Source: Ruminiclostridium sp. (GTDB lineage Bacteria; Bacillota; Clostridia; Oscillospirales; Ruminococcaceae). From it: DNA of 64,000 bases. How positions within the stretch are numbered: the stretch's first letter is position 1; the number at the start of each line of letters is the position of its first letter. A model generated the notes under the pieces. The model searched no databases. It saw only the letters and a list, made by a program, of their open reading frames with translations, and was not told the DNA's origin. The stretch is from NCBI GenBank assembly GCA_017635675.1, contig JAGBLA010000203.1:20842-84841 (forward strand). The letters run 5' to 3'. Of this stretch, positions 48,530 to 58,008 are shown one piece after another. Position numbers and translations under genes: made by a program.

Positions 48530-48558
48530 TTGAAATTTCAAAGTGCCCGTGCTATAAT
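48530..48558 (+). promoter_or_regulatory. sigmaA promoter
   Basis: TTGAAA-17 nt-TATAAT with TG extension. Confidence 0.65.
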
Positions 48559-48606
48559 GAGAACGTTAGCAGGCTTTAAGCCAACAATTTTTTGGAGGAA
48601 AATATC

Positions 48607-49365
48607 ATGAAGAAAAGAATCGCATCTGTCGCTGCGGCTATCATCTCCGCTGCGGCACTCACAGTATCCGCAAGCGCTTACAACGGCTATATCCTCGTTC
48701 AGAACACCGTTTACTCGTTCCGCAACGGCTGGAATGAAGGCACCTACGGAAGAGACGCAAACAACAACGCGTTCGACCACATGACCATGAACGGCGCAAA
48801 GTGCGACGAGGGCACGTATGAGGATTATGAGGACAACTACGATTACGACATCGGCACATACCTCATCGGTGACTTCACAGACGCCGAGATCACAGGCGAG
48901 GGTACATACAGAGTATCCGTAAACAACTTCGACTGGACACTCGACGGCGCTACATCGTTCAACCTCCTCGAAGTCAGCACAGACCTTCCCGTTGCTGAGG
49001 GCTGGGTATGCACAAGCATCACAGCTTACGTTGACGGCGTTGCTACTCAGACAGTTGAGAATCCTATCAACCATGACGAAGAAACCGCGGTTTACGTTCA
49101 GCCCTGCCTCGCAAACATCTACAACCCCGATATCAAGGACAGCTACACAGGCGGCTACCCCACCAAGTCCCTCGAAGTTGAGTTCACTATCGCCAAGAAC
49201 GGCGGTTCCGAAGGTGAAGCTCCCGCAGTAACAGCAGGTGACGTTGCAGCTGCAACAGACAGCTCCAAGGGCTCGCCCGACACAGGTATCGAAGACGTTG
49301 CGGCTATCGCGGGTCTTGCAGTACTCGCAGGTGCAGGCATTGTTTTCACAAGAAGAAGAAAGTAA
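48607..49365 (+). CDS. Sortase-anchored (SPDTG) cell-surface protein 1
   Basis: Signal peptide MKKRI...VSASA; C-terminal KGSPDTG + TM + RRRK; high-expression codon bias. Confidence 0.85.
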   Translation: MKKRIASVAAAIISAAALTVSASAYNGYILVQNTVYSFRNGWNEGTYGRDANNNAFDHMTMNGAKCDEGTYEDYEDNYDYDIGTYLIGDFTDAEITGEGTYRVSVNNFDWTLDGATSFNLLEVSTDLPVAEGWVCTSITAYVDGVATQTVENPINHDEETAVYVQPCLANIYNPDIKDSYTGGYPTKSLEVEFTIAKNGGSEGEAPAVTAGDVAAATDSSKGSPDTGIEDVAAIAGLAVLAGAGIVFTRRRK

Positions 49366-49408
49366 TTTAACCGTCTGAAACCCGAATTGTAACTTATTAA
49401 ACAAAAAT

Positions 49409-49452
49409 AACAAATCCGCAATTTATTTTTGTGTAAATTGCGGATTGTTTTA
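49409..49452 (+). terminator. Intrinsic terminator
   Basis: AATCCGCAATTTA...TAAATTGCGGATT followed by GTTTT. Confidence 0.7.
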
Positions 49453-49486
49453 TCATTAAATAAGCAGTATAATATATCTGTAAATC

Positions 49487-49509
49487 TTATGTGTAACGAT
49501 TACACATAA
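49487..49509. promoter_or_regulatory. Perfect palindrome, operator candidate
   Basis: TTATGTGTAA-cga-TTACACATAA just downstream of TATAAT (49468-49473). Confidence 0.55.
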
Positions 49510-49544
49510 ACTTATGAACGTTAATTCTATGGAGGATCATTCAA

Positions 49545-50333
49545 ATGAAATTAAACAGATTATTCGCAGGTATAGCAGCTACAGCTGTTGCAGCCGCTTC
49601 CCTCGCAGCAGTAGCAAGCGCTAACGAAGCTTTCCTTATGTACACAGACGACTCGTGGGCATGGGGCGTATGGAACGCTGCTGAATTCCCGGCCGGCACA
49701 ACTGATGTAAACGGCGACGGTACATACACAGTTTTCGTTGATAATACTGTTCCGACAGCTCTCGTAACAGACGAAGAGACAGGCGATACTGTTCCCGCTG
49801 TTGCAAACGGCGCTATGGTATTCTGTGTTGATATCGACGGTCTTGCAGATGAGTACGGTTTCCAGACAGCAGGCGTTGACGGCATGGACACAGCAGCTGA
49901 CAAGCGTGCTCGCTGCAACGAAGCCGGTGTTACAGTTTCCGATGTTAAGGTAACAACATACAACACAGACGGCACTTCCACTGACATCGCTGTTGACCAG
50001 TCCAAGGTTCTCTACGGCGATATCGAGGGTAACGGCAAGCTCCGTATCGAGATCCAGAATGAGTACGGTGACTCCGTAAAGGATCCCTGCATCGACAAGT
50101 CCACTATAAGCTTCGATGAGAAGATAGCTGTTACATTCACGATCTCCGGTCTTAAGTCTGATGCAGCTGACGCTCCCGCAGTAACAGCTGACGCTCCCGC
50201 AGCAGGCGATGTAGCAGCAGCTACCGACAGCTCCAAGGGCTCTCCTGACACAGGTATCGAGGACGTTGCAGTTATCGCAGGTCTCGCAGTACTCGCAGGC
50301 GGCGCAGCTCTCGTAGCAGGCAAGAGAAAGTAA
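49545..50333 (+). CDS. Sortase-anchored (SPDTG) cell-surface protein 2
   Basis: Signal peptide ...AVASA; C-terminal AGDVAAATDSSKGSPDTGIEDVA identical to protein 1; TM + KRK. Confidence 0.85.
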   Translation: MKLNRLFAGIAATAVAAASLAAVASANEAFLMYTDDSWAWGVWNAAEFPAGTTDVNGDGTYTVFVDNTVPTALVTDEETGDTVPAVANGAMVFCVDIDGLADEYGFQTAGVDGMDTAADKRARCNEAGVTVSDVKVTTYNTDGTSTDIAVDQSKVLYGDIEGNGKLRIEIQNEYGDSVKDPCIDKSTISFDEKIAVTFTISGLKSDAADAPAVTADAPAAGDVAAATDSSKGSPDTGIEDVAVIAGLAVLAGGAALVAGKRK

Positions 50334-50354
50334 TCTCATACACAAGTAAGTTAA

Positions 50355-50385
50355 GAAAGCTCCGTTTTTACGCGGAGCTTTTTTG
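50355..50385 (+). terminator. Intrinsic terminator
   Basis: AAAGCTCCG...CGGAGCTTT followed by TTT. Confidence 0.75.
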
Positions 50386-50410
50386 ATAATACGAAAAGCG
50401 GGGTATATCA

Positions 50411-51310
50411 ATGATCTACACAGTAACATTCAATCCTGCCGTGGACTGCGTTGTCGATATAGAACATATTCGGCCGGGCGAGGTGAACAGGCTCGCCGGT
50501 GAGCAGGTGTTCTTCGGCGGCAAAGGTATAAATGTCTCCGTTATGCTCAACGAGCTCGGCATACCTACGGAAGCCCTCGGTTTCTGCGCAGGGTTCACCG
50601 GTACCGCCATTGAACAGTGGCTTCGCGAAAAAGGTATCAGCACAGATTTTATCCACCTTAAAGAAGGCTTTACACGCATAAATATCAAGATACGTTCTGA
50701 TGCCGAGACCGACCTCAACGGGGACGGTCCCGCTATCGACAGCGAGGCATTCGATCAGCTTATCGACAGGCTCGGAAAGCTCGGAAAGGGCGATACCCTC
50801 GTGCTTGCGGGAAGTCTCCCGAAGTCCGTATCAAATCACGCCTATGAGCAGATAGCCGAGCTTATGGGAAAGAAAGGCGTGCGTACAGCGGTAGATACAT
50901 CAGGCCGCGCAATGCTAAACGTACTGCGCTGCAAGCCGTTTCTCATCAAGCCGAATATCCGTGAACTCGGGGATATGTTCGCGACTAATATCACCGATGC
51001 CGCTCAGGCTGCCGCATACGCTGCAAAGCTGCGTAAAATGGGAGCACGCAACGTGCTTGTTTCAATGGGACGCGAGGGTGCTATACTGCTTGACGAGAAT
51101 GACAAGCTGCACACCTGCGCAGCTTGCCGCGGCAAGACCGTAGGCACGGTGGGCGCAGGCGACTCAATGCTTGCGGGATTTCTCGCGGGACTCGAACAGG
51201 GCGGATATGATGAGGCTCTAAAACTCGGGACTGCTGCAGGCGGAGCTACCGCGTTTTCTGAGGGTCTCGGAAAAAAAGAGCTCATATACAAACTTTTGAA
51301 ACAGTTATGA
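50411..51310 (+). CDS. fruK: 1-phosphofructokinase (PfkB family)
   Basis: YTVTFNPAVD, GGKGINVS, IKPN, GAGDS. Confidence 0.85.
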   Translation: MIYTVTFNPAVDCVVDIEHIRPGEVNRLAGEQVFFGGKGINVSVMLNELGIPTEALGFCAGFTGTAIEQWLREKGISTDFIHLKEGFTRINIKIRSDAETDLNGDGPAIDSEAFDQLIDRLGKLGKGDTLVLAGSLPKSVSNHAYEQIAELMGKKGVRTAVDTSGRAMLNVLRCKPFLIKPNIRELGDMFATNITDAAQAAAYAAKLRKMGARNVLVSMGREGAILLDENDKLHTCAACRGKTVGTVGAGDSMLAGFLAGLEQGGYDEALKLGTAAGGATAFSEGLGKKELIYKLLKQL

Positions 51311-51311
51311 C

Positions 51312-51340
51312 TTGACAAACATGAATAAAAGAGGTATAAT
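51312..51340 (+). promoter_or_regulatory. Consensus sigmaA promoter
   Basis: TTGACA-17 nt-TATAAT. Confidence 0.85.
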
Positions 51341-51402
51341 AAACTTTAGCGCAAAAAAGCAGCGTCACAAAAAAGTAACGTAACTTTAAAGGAGAGTTTG
51401 TC

Positions 51403-53097
51403 ATGCCTCTGATCATCACGATCCTTGTGCTTTATATCGCAGTCGCGGTCGGCATAGGGGTTTACTGCAACAGAAAAGCAAAGACCGTAAACGAGTATGT
51501 GCTCGGCGGACGCTCGGTAGGTCCTTGGATCACAGCTTTCGCATACGGCACAAGCTATTTTTCCGCCGTTATCTTCGTCGGCTATGCCGGAAAGTTCGGC
51601 TGGAACTTCGGCGTTTCCTCTACATGGGTAGGTATCGGAAACTGCATCATCGGCTCGCTCATGGCATGGGCGATAATGGGAAGACGCACCCGCGTCATGT
51701 CAAAGCACCTCGAAAGCGCCACAATGCCCGAGTTCTTCGAGAAACGCTATCTCAGCAAAACCCTCAAGACCGTGGCAGCCATTATCGTGTTCATCTTCCT
51801 TATCCCCTACACCGCGTCGGTTTATAACGGGCTTTCGAGACTGTTTGAAATGGTGTTCAGCATAGACTATTCCGTGTGCGTTATCGCTATGGCAGTCGTA
51901 ACGGCAGTCTATGTTATCCTCGGCGGCTACAAGGCTACCGCTTACAATGACTTCGTACAGGGCATAATAATGCTGATAGGCATAGCCGCGGTAGTTGTTG
52001 CGACGCTTAACAGCAAGGGCGGTTTCTACGAGGCTCTCAACCAGATGTCCCAGATACCCAACGAAAACGGCGTTATGGCAGGTATGCAGGGAGCCTACGC
52101 AAGCTTCTTCGGCCCCGACCCGATAAACCTGCTTGGAGTTGTGATACTCACCTCGCTCGGTACATGGGGACTGCCGCAGATGGTCACAAAGTTCTACACG
52201 ATAAAGGACGAGCGTTCGATAAAATCGGGAACAGTGGTCTCTACGATTTTCGCGCTTATCGTTGCAGGCGGCTGCTACTTCCTCGGCGGCTTCGGAAGAA
52301 TATTCGTGGCTCCCGATGAGAACGGCAACCCTGTGGGCGGGTTTGACTCAATAATCCCCACAATGCTCGAAAAGCTTCCCGACCTGCTGATAGGCGTGGT
52401 AGTGGTGCTGGTTCTGTCGGCATCGATGTCAACTCTGTCGTCGCTGGTACTCACTTCAAGCTCCTCCATAACGCTTGACCTTATAAAGCCCGCAATGAAG
52501 GGAAAGCTCGACGAGAAAAAGCAGCTTATCGTGCTTCGCGCGTTCGTCGCGGTATTCCTCGTCATCTCGGTCATCATAGCGCTCAACAAGAACGCGCTTA
52601 TCTCCGACCTTATGGGTTATTCGTGGGGTGCGCTTGCGGGAGCGTTCTTAGCACCGTTCCTCTACGGCATACTCTGGAAAAAGACCACAAAAGCGAGCGT
52701 GTGGGTAAGCTTCGTCATCGGTATCGGCGTGACGGTGCTGCATCTCGTGCTCTCGTCAATGAAGCTGCTCTCCGGCACGTTCCTGGGCTTCACGGTGGCA
52801 TCTCCGGTAAACCTCGGAGCGTTCACCATGATAGTGTCACTTATCGTAGTGCCGCTTGTAAGCCTTATCACCCCGAAGATGAAGAAAGCGGACGTGGACA
52901 GGATATTCAGCTGCTACGACAAGACCGTTACTGTCCGTCAGCGTGAAGCTATCACCGCAGGCATGGAGGAAATTGCAGCCGAAAAGACCTACGGACACGA
53001 TGTGGTCGGATTTACGGACGACGGTATCCCGATAGAGAAAAGGAACCGCACGGGACAGCCTCCCGTTAAGAAGAACAAGAAAAAGAAGAAAAAATAA
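51403..53097 (+). CDS. Sodium:solute symporter (SSS family)
   Basis: YVLGGRSVGPW, TMPEFFEKRY, SASMSTLSS; about 13 TMs; Lys-rich tail. Confidence 0.9.
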   Translation: MPLIITILVLYIAVAVGIGVYCNRKAKTVNEYVLGGRSVGPWITAFAYGTSYFSAVIFVGYAGKFGWNFGVSSTWVGIGNCIIGSLMAWAIMGRRTRVMSKHLESATMPEFFEKRYLSKTLKTVAAIIVFIFLIPYTASVYNGLSRLFEMVFSIDYSVCVIAMAVVTAVYVILGGYKATAYNDFVQGIIMLIGIAAVVVATLNSKGGFYEALNQMSQIPNENGVMAGMQGAYASFFGPDPINLLGVVILTSLGTWGLPQMVTKFYTIKDERSIKSGTVVSTIFALIVAGGCYFLGGFGRIFVAPDENGNPVGGFDSIIPTMLEKLPDLLIGVVVVLVLSASMSTLSSLVLTSSSSITLDLIKPAMKGKLDEKKQLIVLRAFVAVFLVISVIIALNKNALISDLMGYSWGALAGAFLAPFLYGILWKKTTKASVWVSFVIGIGVTVLHLVLSSMKLLSGTFLGFTVASPVNLGAFTMIVSLIVVPLVSLITPKMKKADVDRIFSCYDKTVTVRQREAITAGMEEIAAEKTYGHDVVGFTDDGIPIEKRNRTGQPPVKKNKKKKKK

Positions 53098-53138
53098 TTC
53101 TGGCTGAATTAACAATAAAATAGAATAAAAGGAGAAGA

Positions 53139-54467
53139 ATGATGTTTTTTGACAAAGCGGCAGAAACAATGCCGAGAAGTGAGATCGAGAAGATACAGCT
53201 TGAAAAGCTGAAGAAGGTCGCGGTTTACTGCTACGAGAACGTGAAGCTGTACAAGGACAAGTTCGACGCGGCAGGCTTTGACCCCGCAAAGATAAAGACC
53301 CTCAGCGACATAAAGTATATCCCGTTCACCACAAAAACGGACTTCCGCGACAACTATCCCTTCGGTATGTTCGCGGTGCCAATGAAAAAGATAGTGCGTA
53401 TGCACGCCTCCTCCGGCACCACAGGTAAGCCCACCGTTGTAGGCTACACCAAGAGCGACCTTGATATGTGGAGCGACTGTATGGCGCGTATAGTTGCGGC
53501 GGCAGGTGCTACCGAGGACGACATAGTGCAGATATGTTTCGGCTACGGACTGTTTACGGGCGCTCTCGGACTTCACTACGGACTTGAAAAGCTGGGCGCG
53601 GCAGTTGTGCCGAGCTCCTCGGGCAACACCGAAAAGACAGTTATGATGATGCGCGACTTCGGTACAACAGCGCTTGTATCCACCCCGTCCTACGCTCTTC
53701 GTATCGGCGAAGTAATGGAGGAGGTCGGCATAAAGCCCGAGGAGATAAAGCTTCGTCTCGGACTGTTAGGCTCGGAGGGCTGCACTCCCGAGATGCGCGA
53801 CCAGATAGAAAGCAAGCTCCATATGTTCGTGACGGATAACTACGGCATGAGCGAGCTTATGGGACCCGGCGTTTCGGGCGAATGCACCGAGCGCTGCGGA
53901 ATGCATTTCTGCGAAGACCACTTCCTGCCCGAGATAGTTGACCCTGTGACAGGTGAAGTTCTGGGCGAAGGGGAAAGCGGCGAGCTTGTAGTCACCACAC
54001 TCAGCAAAGAGGGACTTCCCGTGCTGCGCTACAAGACCCACGACATCACCTCCATAACCTACGAGCCCTGCAAGTGCGGCAGAACTCACGCCCGCATGAT
54101 GAAACCCACGGGCAGAACGGACGATATGCTCAAAATTCGCGGCGTGAACATCTTCCCGTCACAGATAGAAAGCGTGCTTATGGTAGTTCCCGAGATAGCC
54201 CCTCACTATCAGCTCGTAGTCGGCAGAGAGGGCTCTTCCGACAACCTTGAGGTAAGGGTAGAGCTTGCGGACGCGTCGCTGCTCACAGACTACCGCAACC
54301 TTGAGGAGCTCCGCTCACGCATACATCATGACTTAAAGACCGTGCTCGGCATAAGCACCAAGGTCTCCCTCGTCGAGCCCAAGTCCATAGAGCGCACAGC
54401 AGGCAAGGCTAAGCGCGTCATAGACAACCGCCCGAAGGAAACCGCAACCTTCTCGGTCGAAAAGTGA
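53139..54467 (+). CDS. paaK: Phenylacetate-CoA ligase family protein
   Basis: HASSGTTGKP, GYGLFTG, YGMSE, GRTDDMLKIRGVN. Confidence 0.88.
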   Translation: MMFFDKAAETMPRSEIEKIQLEKLKKVAVYCYENVKLYKDKFDAAGFDPAKIKTLSDIKYIPFTTKTDFRDNYPFGMFAVPMKKIVRMHASSGTTGKPTVVGYTKSDLDMWSDCMARIVAAAGATEDDIVQICFGYGLFTGALGLHYGLEKLGAAVVPSSSGNTEKTVMMMRDFGTTALVSTPSYALRIGEVMEEVGIKPEEIKLRLGLLGSEGCTPEMRDQIESKLHMFVTDNYGMSELMGPGVSGECTERCGMHFCEDHFLPEIVDPVTGEVLGEGESGELVVTTLSKEGLPVLRYKTHDITSITYEPCKCGRTHARMMKPTGRTDDMLKIRGVNIFPSQIESVLMVVPEIAPHYQLVVGREGSSDNLEVRVELADASLLTDYRNLEELRSRIHHDLKTVLGISTKVSLVEPKSIERTAGKAKRVIDNRPKETATFSVEK

Positions 54468-54477
54468 GGTAACATGA

Positions 54478-54720
54478 ATGGATAAGATATACGAGCGTCT
54501 TAACACGGTATTCCGCGATTTCTTCGATGACGATGACATTGAGGTGGATGCTTCCACCACAGCAGATGACATCGAGGACTGGGACAGCCTTAACCACATC
54601 ACGCTGATGTCCGCCGTTGAGGAGGAATTCGGTCTGCGCTTCACAATGGGTGAGGTGTCAGGCATGAGGAATGTGGGCGAAATGGCTGAAATAATCAGCG
54701 CCCGCGGCAAAAAACTCTGA
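54478..54720 (+). CDS. Acyl carrier protein (DltC-like)
   Basis: Acidic 80 aa with WDSL phosphopantetheine Ser; VEEEFG. Confidence 0.88.
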   Translation: MDKIYERLNTVFRDFFDDDDIEVDASTTADDIEDWDSLNHITLMSAVEEEFGLRFTMGEVSGMRNVGEMAEIISARGKKL

Positions 54721-54731
54721 AAAACTGACGG

Positions 54732-54817
54732 TTGACAAATCCCGCGGAATGTAATATAATACCGTATAGGAACAACGTCGTTTCGGCATGGTATAGCTAT
54801 GCCGAAACGCTTTTTTT
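54732..54817 (+). promoter_or_regulatory. Promoter plus leader terminator (attenuator) with an ANTAR-like hairpin
   Basis: TTGACA-17-TATAAT (54732-54760); AAC-AACGTC-GTT hairpin (54771-54782) overlaps terminator CGTTTCGGCAT...ATGCCGAAACG-cTTTTTTT (54779-54817). Confidence 0.7.
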
Positions 54818-54832
54818 ACGGAGGAAACTGCT

Positions 54833-56956
54833 ATGATCGAGAAAATTGACGTGTCGAAGGAATTCGGCGAGGACGTATTTGATGAATCCACAATGCGCCA
54901 GAGACTTCCCAAGGAAGTATTCCGCAAGCTGAAAGCTACCATGAACTCCAACAAGGAGCTTGACAGCTCGATAGCGGAGAGCGTAGCCGCAGCCATGAAG
55001 GACTGGGCGGTGGAAAAGGGAGCCACCCACTACACCCACTGGTTCCAGCCCATGACCAACATCACCGCCGAGAAGCACGACAGCTTCATAGCGCCCACGG
55101 GGGACGGCACGGTGATAATGGAATTCTCAGGCAAGGAGCTGGTAAAGGGCGAGCCCGATGCCTCGTCATTCCCGTCGGGCGGCATAAGAGCCACATTTGA
55201 AGCCCGCGGCTACACAGCCTGGGACCCCACCTCCTGCGCATTCATAAAGGACGGCACGCTGTATATCCCCACCGCGTTCTGTTCCTACACAGGCGAGGCT
55301 CTGGACAAAAAGACACCTCTGCTGCGCTCCATGGACGCGCTCTCAGAGCAGGCACTTCGCATACTGCGGCTTTTCGGCAACACGACCACCAAGCGCGTTG
55401 TCGCGACAGTGGGCGCGGAGCAGGAATATTTCCTTATCGACAAATCGGTTTACGAAAAGCGCAAAGACCTTATATACACAGGCAGGACGCTGTTCGGAGC
55501 GCCCCCCGTCAAGGGTCAGGAAATGGACGACCACTACTACGGCGCAATAAACAGCCGCGTTCACGCTTATATGCGCGACCTCGACAAAACGCTCTGGCGG
55601 CTCGGAGTAATGTCCAAGACCGAGCATAACGAGGTGGCGCCCGCACAGCACGAAATGGCGCCCATATTCTCCAGCGCCAACGCTGCCGCCGACCAGAACC
55701 AGCTCACCATGGAGGTCATGCAGAAGACCGCGCTGCGCCACGGTATGGTGTGCCTGCTGCACGAAAAGCCCTTTGACGGCGTGAACGGCTCGGGCAAGCA
55801 TGACAACTGGGCACTCTCCACCGACGACGGACAGAACCTCCTCAACCCCGGCAAGTCGCCCATGGAGAACGTGCAGTTCCTCACATTCCTGGCGGCTGTG
55901 GTGAAAAGCGTGGACGAATATCCCGAGCTTCTCCGCCTGTCGGTAGCCACGGCGGGCAACGACCACCGTCTCGGCGGCAATGAAGCGCCTCCCGCTATCA
56001 TATCGGTATTCCTCGGTGAGGAGCTTGACGCGGTGGTGGAAGCTCTGATAAGCGGCGGCACCGTGCCGAAGAAGAGCGCGGATTTCGACCTGGGAGTGCT
56101 TGCTCTCCCCCACTTCAAGAAGGACTCCACCGACCGCAACCGCACATCGCCCTTCGCGTTCACGGGCAACAAGTTCGAGTTCAGAAGCGTAGGCTCGTCC
56201 CACAACGTCGCCACAGCCAACATCATACTCAACACTATCATCGCGGAATCGCTGAAACAGTTCGCCGACGAGCTTGAATTCGCCTCGGCGTCGGACGGTG
56301 AAGCCATGAACCGCCAGGCGTTCGAGAAGGCTCTGCACGACCTTATAGTGCGCACCTTCAAGGAGCACAAGCGTATCATCTTCAACGGCAACTCTTACGA
56401 CGAAGCATGGCTTGAGGAGGCCGAGAGACGCGGACTTCCGAATCTCGTTTCCTCGGTGGACGCGATACCGCATTTCGAGGACGAAAAGAGCATAAAGGTG
56501 TTCACGGAGCACAAGGTGTTCTCCGAGCGCGAGATACACGCCCGCACCGAGATACTGCTTGAAAACTACTACAAGACGATAAACATCGAAGCGCACACCG
56601 CTGTCGATATGGTGAAGCATCAGTACGCGCCCGCGGTGATGTCGTACGTGAAGTTCCTCTGCGACACGGCACTGTCGAAGAAGACCGTGGCGATAGACGC
56701 TTCTTCCGAGATAAACGCGGCTCAGGACGTAACCCGCCTTGAAAACGTGATGATATCCGAGTGCAACGAGCTTGAAAAGCTGCTTGCGGACACGGGCTCG
56801 CTCTCCGACACACGCGAAACGGCGGTTTACTACCACGACAAGGTGCTCGCGAAGATGAACGACCTGCGCGCGGTGGTAGATGAGCTTGAAGCGATAGTCG
56901 GCGGCGACTTCTGGCCCGTGCCGACCTACGGCGACATACTTTTCAGCGTTAAATAA
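54833..56956 (+). CDS. glnN: Glutamine synthetase type III
   Basis: [48 protein letters not shown]; 707 aa. Confidence 0.93.
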   Translation: MIEKIDVSKEFGEDVFDESTMRQRLPKEVFRKLKATMNSNKELDSSIAESVAAAMKDWAVEKGATHYTHWFQPMTNITAEKHDSFIAPTGDGTVIMEFSGKELVKGEPDASSFPSGGIRATFEARGYTAWDPTSCAFIKDGTLYIPTAFCSYTGEALDKKTPLLRSMDALSEQALRILRLFGNTTTKRVVATVGAEQEYFLIDKSVYEKRKDLIYTGRTLFGAPPVKGQEMDDHYYGAINSRVHAYMRDLDKTLWRLGVMSKTEHNEVAPAQHEMAPIFSSANAAADQNQLTMEVMQKTALRHGMVCLLHEKPFDGVNGSGKHDNWALSTDDGQNLLNPGKSPMENVQFLTFLAAVVKSVDEYPELLRLSVATAGNDHRLGGNEAPPAIISVFLGEELDAVVEALISGGTVPKKSADFDLGVLALPHFKKDSTDRNRTSPFAFTGNKFEFRSVGSSHNVATANIILNTIIAESLKQFADELEFASASDGEAMNRQAFEKALHDLIVRTFKEHKRIIFNGNSYDEAWLEEAERRGLPNLVSSVDAIPHFEDEKSIKVFTEHKVFSEREIHARTEILLENYYKTINIEAHTAVDMVKHQYAPAVMSYVKFLCDTALSKKTVAIDASSEINAAQDVTRLENVMISECNELEKLLADTGSLSDTRETAVYYHDKVLAKMNDLRAVVDELEAIVGGDFWPVPTYGDILFSVK

Positions 56957-56978
56957 AGACATCGGACGGAGAGGAAAA

Positions 56979-57692
56979 TTGAAAGGCAGACAATTTTTAA
57001 AGGGACTCACCCACGGAATACCCATTTTCCTCGGGTATCTTTCGGTGTCCTTCGGGTTCGGCATACTTGCGGTAAAATCGGGGCTCACAGTGACGGAAGC
57101 GGCGGCAGTGTCGCTGTTCAACCTCACATCGGCGGGACAGGCGGCAGGCGTGGGGATAATCGCGGCAAACGGCTCACTTACAGAGATGATACTCGCGCAG
57201 CTCACCATTAATCTGCGCTATTCGCTGATGTCGCTTTCGCTGTCACAGAAGCTCGACAAGAGCTTCAACACCCCGCGGCGGCTGCTTGTGTCCTACGGTA
57301 TAACCGACGAGATATTCGCCATGGCGTCGGCACAGCCCGGCACCATTACACCGTGGTATATGTACGGCATGATACTTATATCCACGGTTGGCTGGACGCT
57401 CGGTACGGTGCTCGGCGCGGCTGCGGGAAGCCTGCTGCCGCCCGGGATATCCGACGCGCTTGGGCTTATGCTTTACGGGATGTTCCTTGCTATAATCCTG
57501 CCGCCCGCGCGAAAGGAAAAGGGCGTGCTCGCTGCAGTTCTTATCGCGGCGGCTATGAGCAGTATTATATACTTCTTGCTGCCGTTCATATCATCGGGAT
57601 TTTCGGTGATGATATGCGGTATCCTCACCGCTGTGATATGCGCACTGCTGTTCCCGCATGACGACACGGGACCCACGGAGGTGCGGCAGTGA
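56979..57692 (+). CDS. azlC: AzlC-family branched-chain amino acid exporter permease
   Basis: GIPIFLGY, SAGQ, INLRY, ITDEIFA. Confidence 0.88.
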   Translation: MKGRQFLKGLTHGIPIFLGYLSVSFGFGILAVKSGLTVTEAAAVSLFNLTSAGQAAGVGIIAANGSLTEMILAQLTINLRYSLMSLSLSQKLDKSFNTPRRLLVSYGITDEIFAMASAQPGTITPWYMYGMILISTVGWTLGTVLGAAAGSLLPPGISDALGLMLYGMFLAIILPPARKEKGVLAAVLIAAAMSSIIYFLLPFISSGFSVMICGILTAVICALLFPHDDTGPTEVRQ

Positions 57693-57997
57693 GCATTGCA
57701 ATATACATCGCGGTAATGGCGGGGGTCACGTATCTTATACGCATGATACCCCTTACCGTGTTCCGAAAAAAGATAAAGTCCCGTTTTCTTAAAAGCTTCC
57801 TGTACTATATTCCCTACGCGGTGCTCAGCGCTATGACTATGCCCGCCATATTCTTCGCCACGGGGAGCATAGTCACTGCGGCGGCAGGCACAGCGGCAGC
57901 GCTGATACTCGCGTATCTCGGGCTGCCGCTTATAGTCGTTGCGCTGTCTGCGTCCGCAGCCGCGTACATCGCGGGACTGATAATATCGCTTACATGA
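57689..57997 (+). CDS. azlD: AzlD-family protein
   Basis: VTYLIRMIP...FLYYIPYAVL; GTGA overlap with azlC. Confidence 0.85.
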   Translation: MSIAIYIAVMAGVTYLIRMIPLTVFRKKIKSRFLKSFLYYIPYAVLSAMTMPAIFFATGSIVTAAAGTAAALILAYLGLPLIVVALSASAAAYIAGLIISLT

Positions 57998-58008
57998 TAC
58001 GGAGGATA

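Noticed and set aside
55343-57208. Long antisense ORFs (e.g. 621 aa here, 34474-36123, 9509-10837, 42970-43959 with GLGS repeats)
   Set aside because: Shadow frames of GC-rich, codon-biased genes. The GLGS repeat is simply the reverse complement of the EPKP minisatellite.
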